Below, one piece after another: positions 1 to 9,537 of a stretch of 64,000 bases of DNA. The notes below the pieces were generated by a model that was not told the origin of the DNA, searched no databases, and saw nothing but the letters and a program-made list of their open reading frames with translations. The position numbers and the translations under genes are program-made. The stretch is from Chryseolinea sp. (GTDB taxonomy: Bacteria > Bacteroidota > Bacteroidia > Cytophagales > Cyclobacteriaceae): the NCBI GenBank assembly GCA_049840655.1, contig JASGJX010000049.1, forward strand, positions 143,570-207,569, written 5' to 3'. Within the stretch, counting starts at the first letter, position 1. Every line of letters starts with the position of its first letter.

Positions 1-1270
1 GGAAGGCATCGAATTTATCGCGGCCGTACTTCTCTTCAATTCCTCTGAGAAAGAAGTATCCTTTATTGTAAGCGATGTCTGTAACTGCATCGTCAGGATT
101 GCGACCCTTGAGGTCAAGTTTAAGTCGCGTGTCGTCGACGTGGTTTGAAGATGTGAGATCAGCGATGGTTTCTTTCAGATCCTGAAGCGCGAGCAATGCG
201 TGCATCTCGGCATCGTCGCGACCGTACAATGCTTCAATAATACGATGTTCAAAATAGACGGTGAATCCTTCATTGAGCCAGAAGTCGTTCCACGTGCCAT
301 TGGTAACCAGGTTACCGGACCAGCTATGCGCAAGTTCATGGGCAATTACCGAAGTTAGAGATCGGTCGCCGGCCAGCAGGGTAGGCGTTGCAAATGTAAG
401 ACGGGGATTTTCCATTCCGCCAAAGGGAAAGCTCGGTGGCAGCACAATAACATCGTAACGATCCCACGCATATTTTCCATATAGTGCTTCCGCACCGGCA
501 ATCATCTTTTCGAGATCCGCGAATTCCCATGCCGCTGCTTCAACGACGCTTGGCTCGGCATAAACTCCACTTCTGTCACTCAAAGATTTGAATGCAATGT
601 CGCCAACTGACAGAGCCAACAGGTAGGATGGTATCGCCTGGCGCATTTCAAATTTATAGACTCCATTGTCATTCTTTTGCTGAGGATTTGAAGCGCTCAT
701 GAGCGCGAGCAGCTCACCGGGTACGTGAACTTCAGCGTCGTAAGTGAAACGAATTGCAGGAGAGTCCTGACAAGGAACCCAGCTACGGGCAAGTATCGCC
801 TGCGATTGCGTAAAGAGAAAAGGATTTTTCTTGCCTGCGGTTTGTTCTGGCGACAACCACTGCAAAGCCTCTGCGCCTGGAGTCGTCTGGTATTCAATAA
901 CAACCTTCTTAGTGTCCTTTGAAATAAGAACCGCCAGCGCCTGCCCGAGCAGCGAATCTGATTCTGCCAACCGGAACTCCAGTGACTTGCCATCTCCCGA
1001 AGATACTTTCTTCACATCAAGCCCCTTCGTATCAAAAATGATGAGATCAGCATCAGGCTTGTGCTCTATGTCCCAGGTGGCAACCGCCCGAATCACTTTG
1101 TTGTCGAAATCAATCGTCGCGTTCCAGCTCAGGTGCTTCACACGGGCGTCATCGGGAATCGAGAATGAATGCGGATCTGCAGGAGGTAATTCGGTTTGTT
1201 CTTTTTTCACGTTAGTGCATTGATTGAAAAGCAATACTAGTGCGATAAGTGACCAGCTGATTTTAGCCAT
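1..1270 (-). CDS. M1-family zinc aminopeptidase (leukotriene A4 hydrolase-like); 3' end runs off the window
   Basis: Manual translation from ATG 1270: signal peptide-like MAKISWSLIALVLLF, GGMENP and HELAHSWSGNLVTNGTWNDFWLNEGFT (HExxH-x18-E). Confidence 0.93.
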   Translation of the reverse strand, partial: MAKISWSLIALVLLFNQCTNVKKEQTELPPADPHSFSIPDDARVKHLSWNATIDFDNKVIRAVATWDIEHKPDADLIIFDTKGLDVKKVSSGDGKSLEFRLAESDSLLGQALAVLISKDTKKVVIEYQTTPGAEALQWLSPEQTAGKKNPFLFTQSQAILARSWVPCQDSPAIRFTYDAEVHVPGELLALMSASNPQQKNDNGVYKFEMRQAIPSYLLALSVGDIAFKSLSDRSGVYAEPSVVEAAAWEFADLEKMIAGAEALYGKYAWDRYDVIVLPPSFPFGGMENPRLTFATPTLLAGDRSLTSVIAHELAHSWSGNLVTNGTWNDFWLNEGFTVYFEHRIIEALYGRDDAEMHALLALQDLKETIADLTSSNHVDDTRLKLDLKGRNPDDAVTDIAYNKGYFFLRGIEEKYGRDKFDAF

Positions 1271-1393
1271 AGTCAGTTTAATTGTTCCCTCTAAAATAGT
1301 CATCCTATCTCAAATGGAAGCCTTTGCGGGAACATTGATTTGATAAGTTGCGCGACGTAAATTACATGGTTTGCGAAGAACACGCCCGACTCT

Positions 1394-1789
1394 ATGCCAC
1401 TGATGTCTCGATCCCCTGTACTGTATATTATTCTTGTCATCGCAGGACTCATCGTACTTGCCTGGCCGGAACAGGACAACGTGATGCTTGTTCAGGTGGC
1501 CAGGCGTCATGGCCCTTCGCGATTGGATTTGATCGGATTGCTTCTGATGGCAATCGGATATGTACCCCTCGCAGTCATTACCTTTCGAAGATTCCCTGAG
1601 GTAAAGAAACGTTTAACACCCAGAGTCGCGAACATTCTGGTGGTTGCGTATTTTGTATCGCTGTCAATAATCGCCATCGCATTATTTGCAAACCAGGAAG
1701 CGCTGCTTTGGTTTGCCGTTGCTGTGGCTGCTATAAGTCAATTCGTGCTGACGGGGATTGCGTTGAGCTCTTCACAACCCAGAGCCTGA
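1394..1789 (+). CDS. Hypothetical membrane protein (about 4 TM)
   Basis: ORF with four hydrophobic segments, no recognised motif. Confidence 0.65.
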   Translation: MPLMSRSPVLYIILVIAGLIVLAWPEQDNVMLVQVARRHGPSRLDLIGLLLMAIGYVPLAVITFRRFPEVKKRLTPRVANILVVAYFVSLSIIAIALFANQEALLWFAVAVAAISQFVLTGIALSSSQPRA

Positions 1790-1801
1790 TGAACTGATGC
1801 T

Positions 1802-2611
1802 CTATGACATCATGATCTTCATAAGCAAAATGATCCCCATGACCAGGGGAAACATACAGAATGGAAAAAGGTTTGGGTTGTATTCCTTCTTGACGACGTA
1901 CACGATGGATAGACCAAGGATTAAATATGGCAGTACAAAGAAAAAGCTGTGTGCATACGGTGAAGTGGGGGCATCATAAACCACGAAATAACTGCCGTGT
2001 CTCACACCTACCCTTTTAAGCGAACTCAGTATAGAAGTATACTCAAGAAGAATTGGCTCCTTCTTTTTCGCTTCGTAATCATAATTCAGGTGCATCACGT
2101 CCGGAACCTCGACATCAAGTCTTGGCGTTCTCATGTATGATTCTATGTAAGAGCTATTCTTGCTATGGATAACCTTTTGATACCCGAGCGTTGGATAGTC
2201 ATATTCGATACGCGTTGGTAGGAAGAAATCCAGGATAACAATCAGACTAAGCAACGCCATCGGAAAGGAAAAAAAGCGGCCCAGCGCATATGTCCCTTTT
2301 GCTTTCCTGAGCCACGCCGCCTTCTTCGCTTTTGCTTCTTTGAATTTTCTTGCCTTGTACGCCCGTTTGTAAGCTTCTACAGGATCTTCTTCGAATTCAT
2401 ATTCAGGAGAGGCCGTTTGTTCAGAGAAACCAGAAGACTCTTGTTTACTGGTTATCAGATCGTACGCCTGATTGATTAACGCAGTCATTTGAACTGCGTC
2501 AGGACTTGAATTAATATCGGGATGGTATTGCTTTACAAGTCTTCGGTAAGCTGCACGTATTCCCTCGGGAGAGTCGCTCCTGTTTACACCCAAAATTTCA
2601 TACGGATCCAT
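1802..2611 (-). CDS. DnaJ (J-domain) membrane protein
   Basis: DPYEILGV...YHPDIN J-domain with HPD, followed by TM segments. Confidence 0.88.
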   Translation of the reverse strand: MDPYEILGVNRSDSPEGIRAAYRRLVKQYHPDINSSPDAVQMTALINQAYDLITSKQESSGFSEQTASPEYEFEEDPVEAYKRAYKARKFKEAKAKKAAWLRKAKGTYALGRFFSFPMALLSLIVILDFFLPTRIEYDYPTLGYQKVIHSKNSSYIESYMRTPRLDVEVPDVMHLNYDYEAKKKEPILLEYTSILSSLKRVGVRHGSYFVVYDAPTSPYAHSFFFVLPYLILGLSIVYVVKKEYNPNLFPFCMFPLVMGIILLMKIMMS

Positions 2612-2661
2612 CAGTGCAATTGATCGTGCGGGGAAACAATAGGTAACTGCCTGGCCGAAGT

Positions 2662-3321
2662 CTAGCGCAACCGATATCCAACTTCTATAAACAGAGCGCT
2701 GTAAGTGTCCTTTTCGTATTCAGCGATCGAAGACTTTAACCTGTTAATCAACGCATGCTGATAGCGTATGTTCAACAAAACTCTTTTGATTGGCACTGAC
2801 AGTTCAAGTGGAATCAGCGGTATCAATGGCCGATAGTACTTGTTTTGAACTGCTTCGTTGTCAATGAATGTTTCAGGAAGCTTCGTATACGAATATATTA
2901 AAACATCAACGCCCACACCAGTTCCAAGTGATAAGCTCTTGCCGATCTTATAATGAATGGTTCCTGTCAGACCGGTAACAACGTCAACACCCTTACACAC
3001 GGCCGTCCCGAGCGTTGTGCCCTTAATGTCGGTGATCACCATAGCGTCGTTCCAGTAGGCCCTTCGTGAGGTATTGACTTGCGCGCGCCACAAGAAACTT
3101 TTGTTGAGATCCTTTGCCACCATGAAGCCAAGTCCCATTCCACCTACAAAAAGTTTTGGATCAGCATCGCTATCGAAGGCCAGAATCGGGTAACTCTGTT
3201 TGCCCGAATTTCGTGGCAAATAATAGTTCCCATTTGCCGTGATATACATCTGCAATTCCTCCTGGGCAAACAGTAACGCAGGCTGGAGCAGGCAGTATGC
3301 AATAGTCAACCACTTCGTCAT
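2662..3321 (-). CDS. Putative outer-membrane beta-barrel protein
   Basis: Signal peptide, amphipathic strands, C-terminal FIEVGYRLR; start overlaps upstream stop (ATGA). Confidence 0.7.
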   Translation of the reverse strand: MTKWLTIAYCLLQPALLFAQEELQMYITANGNYYLPRNSGKQSYPILAFDSDADPKLFVGGMGLGFMVAKDLNKSFLWRAQVNTSRRAYWNDAMVITDIKGTTLGTAVCKGVDVVTGLTGTIHYKIGKSLSLGTGVGVDVLIYSYTKLPETFIDNEAVQNKYYRPLIPLIPLELSVPIKRVLLNIRYQHALINRLKSSIAEYEKDTYSALFIEVGYRLR

Positions 3322-3641
3322 AGTTTGATAAATTCTTTTACAATAGTTTCTCCACCATGAATCACAATTACATGGTACACTCCAGAAGGGTGATGCTCAA
3401 CATCGCAGTAAACAACTCCATTGGTACCAACGGTCGTCCGTAGTATGGATTTACCGTCACTATCGATAACTTCAATGGAACTGTTGCCCTCAAAGAATGC
3501 AACGATGCCAACGGAATACTGCGTGGGATTTGGAGAGATGTGAACTTTGAAACTGTTCGTCACCTCTACATCGGGATCTGTATTGCAACCGGCAAAAACC
3601 AGCAGAGCCAGGAACAAACAAAGTAGTTTTATAGATTTCAT
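3318..3641 (-). CDS. Small lipoprotein consisting mainly of a T9SS type-A C-terminal sorting-like domain
   Basis: MKSIKLLCLFLALLVFAG-C lipobox; ISPNPT...IEVIDSDGK...SGVYHV...KEFIKL matches the xYPNP..G.Y....KxxK CTD pattern. Confidence 0.7.
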   Translation of the reverse strand: MKSIKLLCLFLALLVFAGCNTDPDVEVTNSFKVHISPNPTQYSVGIVAFFEGNSSIEVIDSDGKSILRTTVGTNGVVYCDVEHHPSGVYHVIVIHGGETIVKEFIKL

Positions 3642-3725
3642 GGTAACGGTATGGAGGCGGTATTGTTCTCTACGCCCTTCCGAAACATCAATGGGAATAT
3701 TCAAGGTGTATTCAAACCGCGGCTC

Positions 3726-4487
3726 TCAATTCTTCCCAACTTTATGATTCCACTCATAGATCTTGTCAGCGATCTCCGTAAGCAGTTTGGGGTTTTTCTC
3801 TAATGCATTGCCAACGATAATCATATCCGCCCCCGCCTCAAGAGCAGTAATTGCCTTTTGACTGGTGTTGATTCCTCCTCCGACCATCAGGGGAACCGTT
3901 ATGGCCTTCCTTACAGTGGCAATCATACGCGCGCTGATCTCTTTCTCTGCTCCACTGCCGGCGTCAATATATATTGACCGGAGACCAAGCATCTCACCGG
4001 CCATGGCTGTGCATGCTGCAAGCGAGTACTTATCGTCTGGTATGGGTGTCGTGTTACTGATGTAAGCAACGCTGGTCGTCTTGCCTGAATTGATGAGGAT
4101 ATACCCGGTAGGAATAACTTCGAGCTTGGTGTTACGGATGATCGGCGCTGCAATAACATGTTGACCGATCAGTAACTCTGGATTGCGCCCGGAAATAAGA
4201 GACAAAAACAGAAGAGCATCTGCCGTTGGCTCTATCTGCATCGAATTGCCAGGGAACAACACGACCGGGATGGTCACGTTTTCCTTGATTGTCTTAACGA
4301 CGTTGGCAAGATTGCTGGTAGTGATCAGACTGCCACCGACAAAGAAGTAATCGATGCAGTTCTCGTTCGCCAGATTGATAAGCTGTCGCAGTCTCGCCGG
4401 ATCCTCGACTTTGTCGGGATCAACAAGAACAGCAATAGACTTCTTGCCAGACCGCGCGGCGGTCGTGAGTGCGTTAAGTACGCTCAT
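3726..4487 (-). CDS. Geranylgeranylglyceryl/heptaprenylglyceryl phosphate synthase (group II GGGPS)
   Basis: LVDPDK, VGGS, LFPG, SLISGRNPELLIG, YIDAGSGA, VGGGI motifs. Confidence 0.93.
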   Translation of the reverse strand: MSVLNALTTAARSGKKSIAVLVDPDKVEDPARLRQLINLANENCIDYFFVGGSLITTSNLANVVKTIKENVTIPVVLFPGNSMQIEPTADALLFLSLISGRNPELLIGQHVIAAPIIRNTKLEVIPTGYILINSGKTTSVAYISNTTPIPDDKYSLAACTAMAGEMLGLRSIYIDAGSGAEKEISARMIATVRKAITVPLMVGGGINTSQKAITALEAGADMIIVGNALEKNPKLLTEIADKIYEWNHKVGKN

Positions 4488-4887
4488 CTGCGTTCGCTTG
4501 CTTGTTCTCTGGGCCCTGTAGGTATTCAGCCAGCTTTTCCTTGGCTAAACCCAACAAGAATACGGTGGCCTGACTTGCCAGCGCAGTTCCAATCTGTGAA
4601 ACGATACCAGGTGAATCGTCTACTTCCTCCTCAGGCTCCGCCTTCGTCATAGCCGGTAACACAGTCACTGCCTTAGTGCGTGTCTTCCTCCTCTTACCTG
4701 ACTTACCTGTAAACTGGCGCACGATAAAGTATGAAGCGGCCAGCGTACCTCCAATGATAAGCGCATTGGTAAGTATGGTTTCTGTCCGAGCGGAGAGCAA
4801 ACGAACTTCGTTCTCCAGGTCTTCCCGATGCTTGGCCGATCGCTTCAACAGATCCATCTTGATATCGTCCGAATTTTCGAGTTCCAT
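4474..4887 (-). CDS. Hypothetical protein, single TM
   Basis: ORF tightly packed between neighbours in an apparent operon. Confidence 0.7.
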   Translation of the reverse strand: MELENSDDIKMDLLKRSAKHREDLENEVRLLSARTETILTNALIIGGTLAASYFIVRQFTGKSGKRRKTRTKAVTVLPAMTKAEPEEEVDDSPGIVSQIGTALASQATVFLLGLAKEKLAEYLQGPENKQANADERT

Positions 4888-4890
4888 ATT

Positions 4891-5256
4891 TTATTTCCTC
4901 TTCTTCTTTCGCTTCATGATTTCCTCCAGCTTGCTTTCCATCTGTTCCGAGATACGCGTGCGGAATGCAAATATGATCAAGCCGATGAGCAGGTAGAATC
5001 CACCAACGATGGCAAACCCGCCGAAGTACCCGAGGCTTTCACCAATCTTGAATGATACAGCCATGCTGAACAACAGAACGAACAACGTAAGCACAGCCAT
5101 GATGACTATGAACACGAGTGCCCTTGACAGAACACGTGCCAGTTCCTCCTGCACCTCTACCTTCATCAGTTCGATGCGGGTCTCGACAAATCCTGTGAGA
5201 TGTTCAATCAGGCTGTCGAGTTTCAAAAATTTGAGTATCGTATCTTTCAACACCAA
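4891..5256 (-). CDS. YqjE-like 'phage holin family' two-TM protein (not phage-associated here)
   Basis: ETRIELMKVEVQEE followed by two TM helices. Confidence 0.8.
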   Translation of the reverse strand: MVLKDTILKFLKLDSLIEHLTGFVETRIELMKVEVQEELARVLSRALVFIVIMAVLTLFVLLFSMAVSFKIGESLGYFGGFAIVGGFYLLIGLIIFAFRTRISEQMESKLEEIMKRKKKRK

Positions 5257-5301
5257 TAATCGTTCAACGCAATATAGATATTCGCCGCGAATTTAACCGT
5301 G

Positions 5302-6900
5302 TTAGTCCTTCGTGATACTGACTAACTGTTCGCGAAGAATGATACCTTCGGGTCCACTGATTTCCTGTTGCAATATTACCTTTTCCCGCGCCGTCATCAT
5401 CACCTTGTGGACGCGTGATTGCGCGTACTCCCGAAGGTAGACGTACACAGAATCAAAGTTCTGACCCGCTGCCGGGTAGTGCCGCTCAACCTTTTCGATG
5501 CAGGACCGGTATTTGCCAAACTCGTCTTCGCCATCCCAGCAAAAACCAGGGCGCGTAAACTGAAACATTTGCTTGCCAACAAACAGGGTCGCGCTTCTTC
5601 CGGAGATCGGATAGATGAGCGTGGGTTCCGTGTCTATGCCGTGTTCCGTTCCAGGGTAGTAAGACCATTCACCCGATGATGTCCGCATATTGATGCGACT
5701 CACCAGGGTAAAAGGCTCAACATTACCATGGCTATCAGTTCGTTTATAGGTAAGGGTGAGCGTTTCAATGGAATCCTGGTTGAAATAGATCAATGAGAAC
5801 GGCAGAAAAAAGAACGCAACGAGCAGAAAAACAAAACCCGCCAGACGGTATCTCAACGTAAGTTTCCCAAGCCGTTCAGCTAATTCAATGGGCACCTTTC
5901 GCAATACCGGAATCGGCATGAACAACAACACACCAATAAAGTTAAAGAGGAAATGAACGATGGCGATACTCACCGCCGCCGTTGTATTGCTCTGTAAAAT
6001 AGCCGCGATAAAAGCTGTAATCGTGGTACCGACATTGGCACCCATGATAAAGGGCGCTGCCTGTTTGAGGCTAACGATTTTATTGGCCACAATGGGCACA
6101 ACAACAGACGTTGTGATTGAACTCGATCGGATCGCCGCCGTTGTGAGCAGTCCCCACGAGAAAGACTTAAACGGACTCTTGAAAAAGAACCGACTAAACA
6201 CTTCAGGACTCTTGGCCTTAAGCAAGTCTGAGATGATTCTTCGGAAGATGAGAATGGAAACGAATAACAAACCAATGGCCAGAACAACCAGAAGAAACGG
6301 ACTATTAAATACGTCGATCAGCCATTTGGTAATAAAGGAGAATCCCGACCAGCTACGCGCACCGGTGTCTTCGGCCGACGCTTTCCCGGTTGAGAAAAGA
6401 CGCGCTATCCATAATGATACCGAAGAAAGAAAACCATAGTAGTATTCAAGAGGGAATAGGATAATAGCCGTGAGTAAATTGAAGAAGTAATGATATGTTC
6501 CTGCGGATACCGCCCTTCGAAACTCTTTCTTCTTACTGATAAAGCCAAGCGATACGATGGCAGCTGTTATAGTGGTGCCGATGTTTGCCCCCATGATAAT
6601 GGGAATCGCGCTTTCCAGAGTAAGCGCGCCTGAAGCCACCAGCGCTACAACCAGCGACGTCGTCGTAGAACTGCTTTGTAACATCGCCGTGATCACCAGC
6701 CCAATGAACAGTCCGGTAAAGGGATTCGATGTAGCCAGCAGAATCGTTTCAGAAACGTTACGCTTAAGATGCTGCAACGATGACGTCATCAAATCAAGCG
6801 CAAAGAGAAACAATATGAACGCCAGTACGATGTAGACAACCGTCCGAACATTATTCCACGGAGATGGCTCTGGCGTTATGGTCTCTTGCTGTGGTTCCAA
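5302..6900 (-). CDS. Na+/phosphate cotransporter (NptA/SLC34 family) with C-terminal soluble extension
   Basis: QSSSTTTS and RSSSITTS repeats, GANIGTT and GANVGTT. Confidence 0.9.
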   Translation of the reverse strand: MEPQQETITPEPSPWNNVRTVVYIVLAFILFLFALDLMTSSLQHLKRNVSETILLATSNPFTGLFIGLVITAMLQSSSTTTSLVVALVASGALTLESAIPIIMGANIGTTITAAIVSLGFISKKKEFRRAVSAGTYHYFFNLLTAIILFPLEYYYGFLSSVSLWIARLFSTGKASAEDTGARSWSGFSFITKWLIDVFNSPFLLVVLAIGLLFVSILIFRRIISDLLKAKSPEVFSRFFFKSPFKSFSWGLLTTAAIRSSSITTSVVVPIVANKIVSLKQAAPFIMGANVGTTITAFIAAILQSNTTAAVSIAIVHFLFNFIGVLLFMPIPVLRKVPIELAERLGKLTLRYRLAGFVFLLVAFFFLPFSLIYFNQDSIETLTLTYKRTDSHGNVEPFTLVSRINMRTSSGEWSYYPGTEHGIDTEPTLIYPISGRSATLFVGKQMFQFTRPGFCWDGEDEFGKYRSCIEKVERHYPAAGQNFDSVYVYLREYAQSRVHKVMMTAREKVILQQEISGPEGIILREQLVSITKD

Positions 6901-7053
6901 TAGTTTGAATATCCGCGAAAATAGGATTATTCAGAGCGAAGCGTTGATATTAACAATAACTTAATTCACTTCGGTGCAGATAGGGCATATTTCTTTTTGC
7001 CTATCACGATTGTGTTCGGCTTCAGCAATCAATAAATGGATGTTCAGCTTGAA

Positions 7054-7722
7054 TCAGGAAGGAATATTCAGATACTCATGCTTCAGCAGCGGGCAAATCT
7101 TATAGCGCTCGTCACGAGTATCATCGTAAAGAGCCTCGATCAATTCGTAAACATGCCGTATGCCAATGCGCTGAGCCCATTCGAAGGGACCATATGGATA
7201 GTTCGTTCCGAGTTTCATGGCGAGGTCAATGTCAGCCCGTGTTGCCGTGCCCTCCTGTGCCGCGTAGTAGGCTTCATTGATAACCATGCACACAATGCGG
7301 GGTGTAACCAAACCCACGCGGTCATCAACAATTTGATACGCCGTTTTCAACTGATCACACAAGTTGTGAAGAAGCGTCTTGTCTTCAGCCTGCTGTACAG
7401 ATACCTCAAGCACCTCGCGGTTAAATAGGGTAGGCATACCGTTAAATCCGAAGATCTTGCTCGTTGTACGACGACCAGCCAGGTGTATGAGTTCTCCCAA
7501 ACTAATCTTACACGTATTAATAAAGACGGTCGCCGGATGATCGAAATAGATCTCGAACTGATGTGGTTCTTCGTCAATGATGAAATCAAACACAACTTCA
7601 TTGCTCAGCAGATACTTCTCCGCGTCACGATGTTCGTTCACCCAGGAGTATTCATGCTTGTCTCCGAACTTCTGCCGCAGTTCCTGCAGATTGACTTGAT
7701 CGCCGATAACTAAAATATTCAT
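7054..7722 (-). CDS. 3-hydroxyacyl-CoA dehydrogenase family protein
   Basis: VGLVTPRIVCMVINEA, DIDLAMKLGTNYPYGPFEW C-terminal domain. Confidence 0.85.
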   Translation of the reverse strand: MNILVIGDQVNLQELRQKFGDKHEYSWVNEHRDAEKYLLSNEVVFDFIIDEEPHQFEIYFDHPATVFINTCKISLGELIHLAGRRTTSKIFGFNGMPTLFNREVLEVSVQQAEDKTLLHNLCDQLKTAYQIVDDRVGLVTPRIVCMVINEAYYAAQEGTATRADIDLAMKLGTNYPYGPFEWAQRIGIRHVYELIEALYDDTRDERYKICPLLKHEYLNIPS

Positions 7723-7751
7723 CTGCCGCCCTTTAGTATTTGAACGATGAT

Positions 7752-7774
7752 TACTTTTGGCTGCTGCAAAATTA
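7752..7774. promoter_or_regulatory. Closely spaced -7 boxes of divergent Bacteroidota promoters
   Basis: TACTTTTG (+, 7752-7759) toward ridA and TAATTTTG (-, 7767-7774) toward the dehydrogenase. Confidence 0.6.
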
Positions 7775-7793
7775 GTTTTTAAACCCTAGAATC

Positions 7794-8174
7794 ATGGCAA
7801 AATCTGTCGTTTATTCCGAGCACGCACCCGAACCAATCGGTCCATACAGTCAGGCAATTCAAACTGGCAACATGCTATTCGTAAGTGGGCAGATTGCTCT
7901 ACAACGATCAACGGGTGCAATGGTAACAACTAACATTGAGGAGGAAACGAAACAAGTAATGGCCAACCTGAAGGCTGTACTTGCCGCAGCCGGCATGGAC
8001 TTTTCCAATGTTGTGAAGACTTCGATCTTTCTGAAAGACATGAACAACTTCCCGGTAGTGAATCAGATCTACGGTACATTCTTTCAAAGCACACCTCCCG
8101 CCAGGGAAACCGTTGAGGTAAGTCGCCTCCCCAAGGACGCCAACGTAGAGATTTCATGCGTCGCGGTTAAGTAA
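7794..8174 (+). CDS. ridA: RidA/YjgF enamine deaminase
   Basis: PIGPYSQA, VSGQI, PARETVEVSRLPK, VEISCVA. Confidence 0.93.
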   Translation: MAKSVVYSEHAPEPIGPYSQAIQTGNMLFVSGQIALQRSTGAMVTTNIEEETKQVMANLKAVLAAAGMDFSNVVKTSIFLKDMNNFPVVNQIYGTFFQSTPPARETVEVSRLPKDANVEISCVAVK

Positions 8175-8356
8175 TCGTTTTTAGATTGAACAGGCTACCC
8201 CGTACGCGCCATGCCCGTCGGAACGCCCTTTGACTTAAACAGTGCGGTACTTTCTCAAGGTGTTGACTGCCAGCTGCGCACTAATGAACATAACGGGGGG
8301 CAGCTGCGGATCATAAATCCCACGTGCTCAAGAAGATACACTATTTATGTTGCCTA

Positions 8357-8387
8357 TTTGGAAAATCAGTAATCGCTACTAAATTTG
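8357..8387 (+). promoter_or_regulatory. Bacteroidota primary-sigma promoter of the tRNA locus
   Basis: TTTG (8357-8360), 19-nt spacer, TAAATTTG (8380-8387), 21 nt before tRNA-Gly. Confidence 0.75.
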
Positions 8388-8408
8388 CACTCCCAAGTTT
8401 TGGGACCC

Positions 8409-8528
<120 letters not shown>

Positions 8529-8669
8529 TACCGGCAAAGCCGGGATTTGATTTCTGCAAATCACTCAATGCTTTAAGGGTAGTGTGTTTTTCGCCTGTGG
8601 AATTGAATTCATCAGGTTTTGTGGTCTTTGAAATGTTGATTGATTAAGGTCCAACAACTAGGTTCGGAT

Positions 8670-9049
8670 ATGAATTCGGACGAGTTGAAAGAACGCTGTA
8701 AGGCTTTTAGTCTCGCAGTCGTAACGATATTTAAGTTGTTTCCTGGAACATCTCACGCACAGATCTCGGGAAAGCAACTTCTGCGATCCGCAATATCGGT
8801 TGCTGCCAACTACAGAGCTGCATGCAGGGCACGATCCAGAGAAGAGTTCTTGTCGAAATTGTCGATTGTTGTCGAAGAAGCTGACGAGACGGTATTGTGG
8901 CTTGAGTTAATAAATGATTCAGATACCTATAAAGTGGATCCGAATCTGATCGAAGAGCAAAACAAATTCTCTATATCATGTCCTCAGCCCGAAAGACCAC
9001 AAAGATCAATCTGCAAAAATCAAAAATCCCCAAATCCCCCAATCAATAA
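8670..9049 (+). CDS. Four-helix-bundle protein (TIGR02436 / 23S rRNA IVS protein family), one-base frameshift near 8955
   Basis: KQLLRSAISVAANYRAACRARSREEFLSKLSIVVEEADETVLWLEL; adding one A gives EAKQILYIMSSARKTTK...PNQ* (stop 9047-9049) instead of read-through into tRNA-Leu. Confidence 0.88.
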
Positions 9050-9066
9050 ATCTCCAAATGATTCTG
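9023..9066 (+). repeat. Right arm of the inverted repeat, ending on G1 of tRNA-Leu
   Basis: AAAATCCCCAAATCCCCCAATCAATAAATCTCCAAATGATTCTG is the reverse complement of 8482-8525 with 3 mismatches. Confidence 0.9.
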
Positions 9067-9151
9067 CCCGGGTGGTGAAATTGGTAGACACGCAGGACTT
9101 AAAATCCTGTGGATAGTAATATCTGTGCGGGTTCGACTCCCGCCCCGGGCA
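9066..9151 (+). tRNA. tRNA-Leu(TAA)
   Basis: GCCCGGG/CCCGGGC acceptor stem, anticodon loop CTTAAAA, long variable arm, GTTCGAC T-loop. Confidence 0.96.
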
Positions 9152-9157
9152 CAGGCC

Positions 9158-9197
9158 ATTTGTTGATCTGTTAATTTGTTGATCTGGCGGTTTTGAA
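9158..9197 (+). repeat. Five 8-mer units after tRNA-Leu
   Basis: ATTTGTTG ATCTGTTA ATTTGTTG ATCTGGCG GTTTTGAA. Confidence 0.75.
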
Positions 9198-9491
9198 ATG
9201 CTTTTATTATTCCAGGTTGGCTTTCAGCAACTTGTTTTCTCACCTTGCTCTCTTCTTCCCGGCTTCGCCTCCCCCTTACAGTGACGTTGTAGTGAGCACC
9301 CGTCGCTCTTTCCGTACGGGATCTCTTACTCTATCATCACGCTTTTATGTGTAAAACCAGCCACCACGTGATGACAGGCTTCGTCTTATAGCCGCAAATG
9401 ACTCATCACTCCACACTGTCGTCGACTCATGGAACTCAATCCTGCATATCCTTCAGCAGCAACTGGAGCGCGCCCTTGCAAACAATCACCG

Positions 9492-9516
9492 AAATACATA
9501 ACTTTCCTATGCATTT
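9492..9516. promoter_or_regulatory. Putative PadR operator palindrome
   Basis: AAATACATA-N7-TATGCATTT (8/9 inverted match), 21 nt upstream of the padR-like gene. Confidence 0.5.
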
Positions 9517-9537
9517 GTATTTTAGGCAACCCAAACC

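Noticed and set aside
3726-4487. GGGPS plus UbiA plus GG-reductase-like genes as an archaeal-type ether lipid pathway
   Set aside because: Group II GGGPS is common in Bacteroidota; the other two genes are over 30 kb away and better explained by the PKS cluster
4891-5256. Holin as a sign of prophage
   Set aside because: YqjE-like housekeeping membrane protein with no phage genes around it
8640-9116. 158-aa ORF reading into tRNA-Leu
   Set aside because: The overlap results from a one-base frameshift; the family-typical C-terminus is in another frame and stops at 9049
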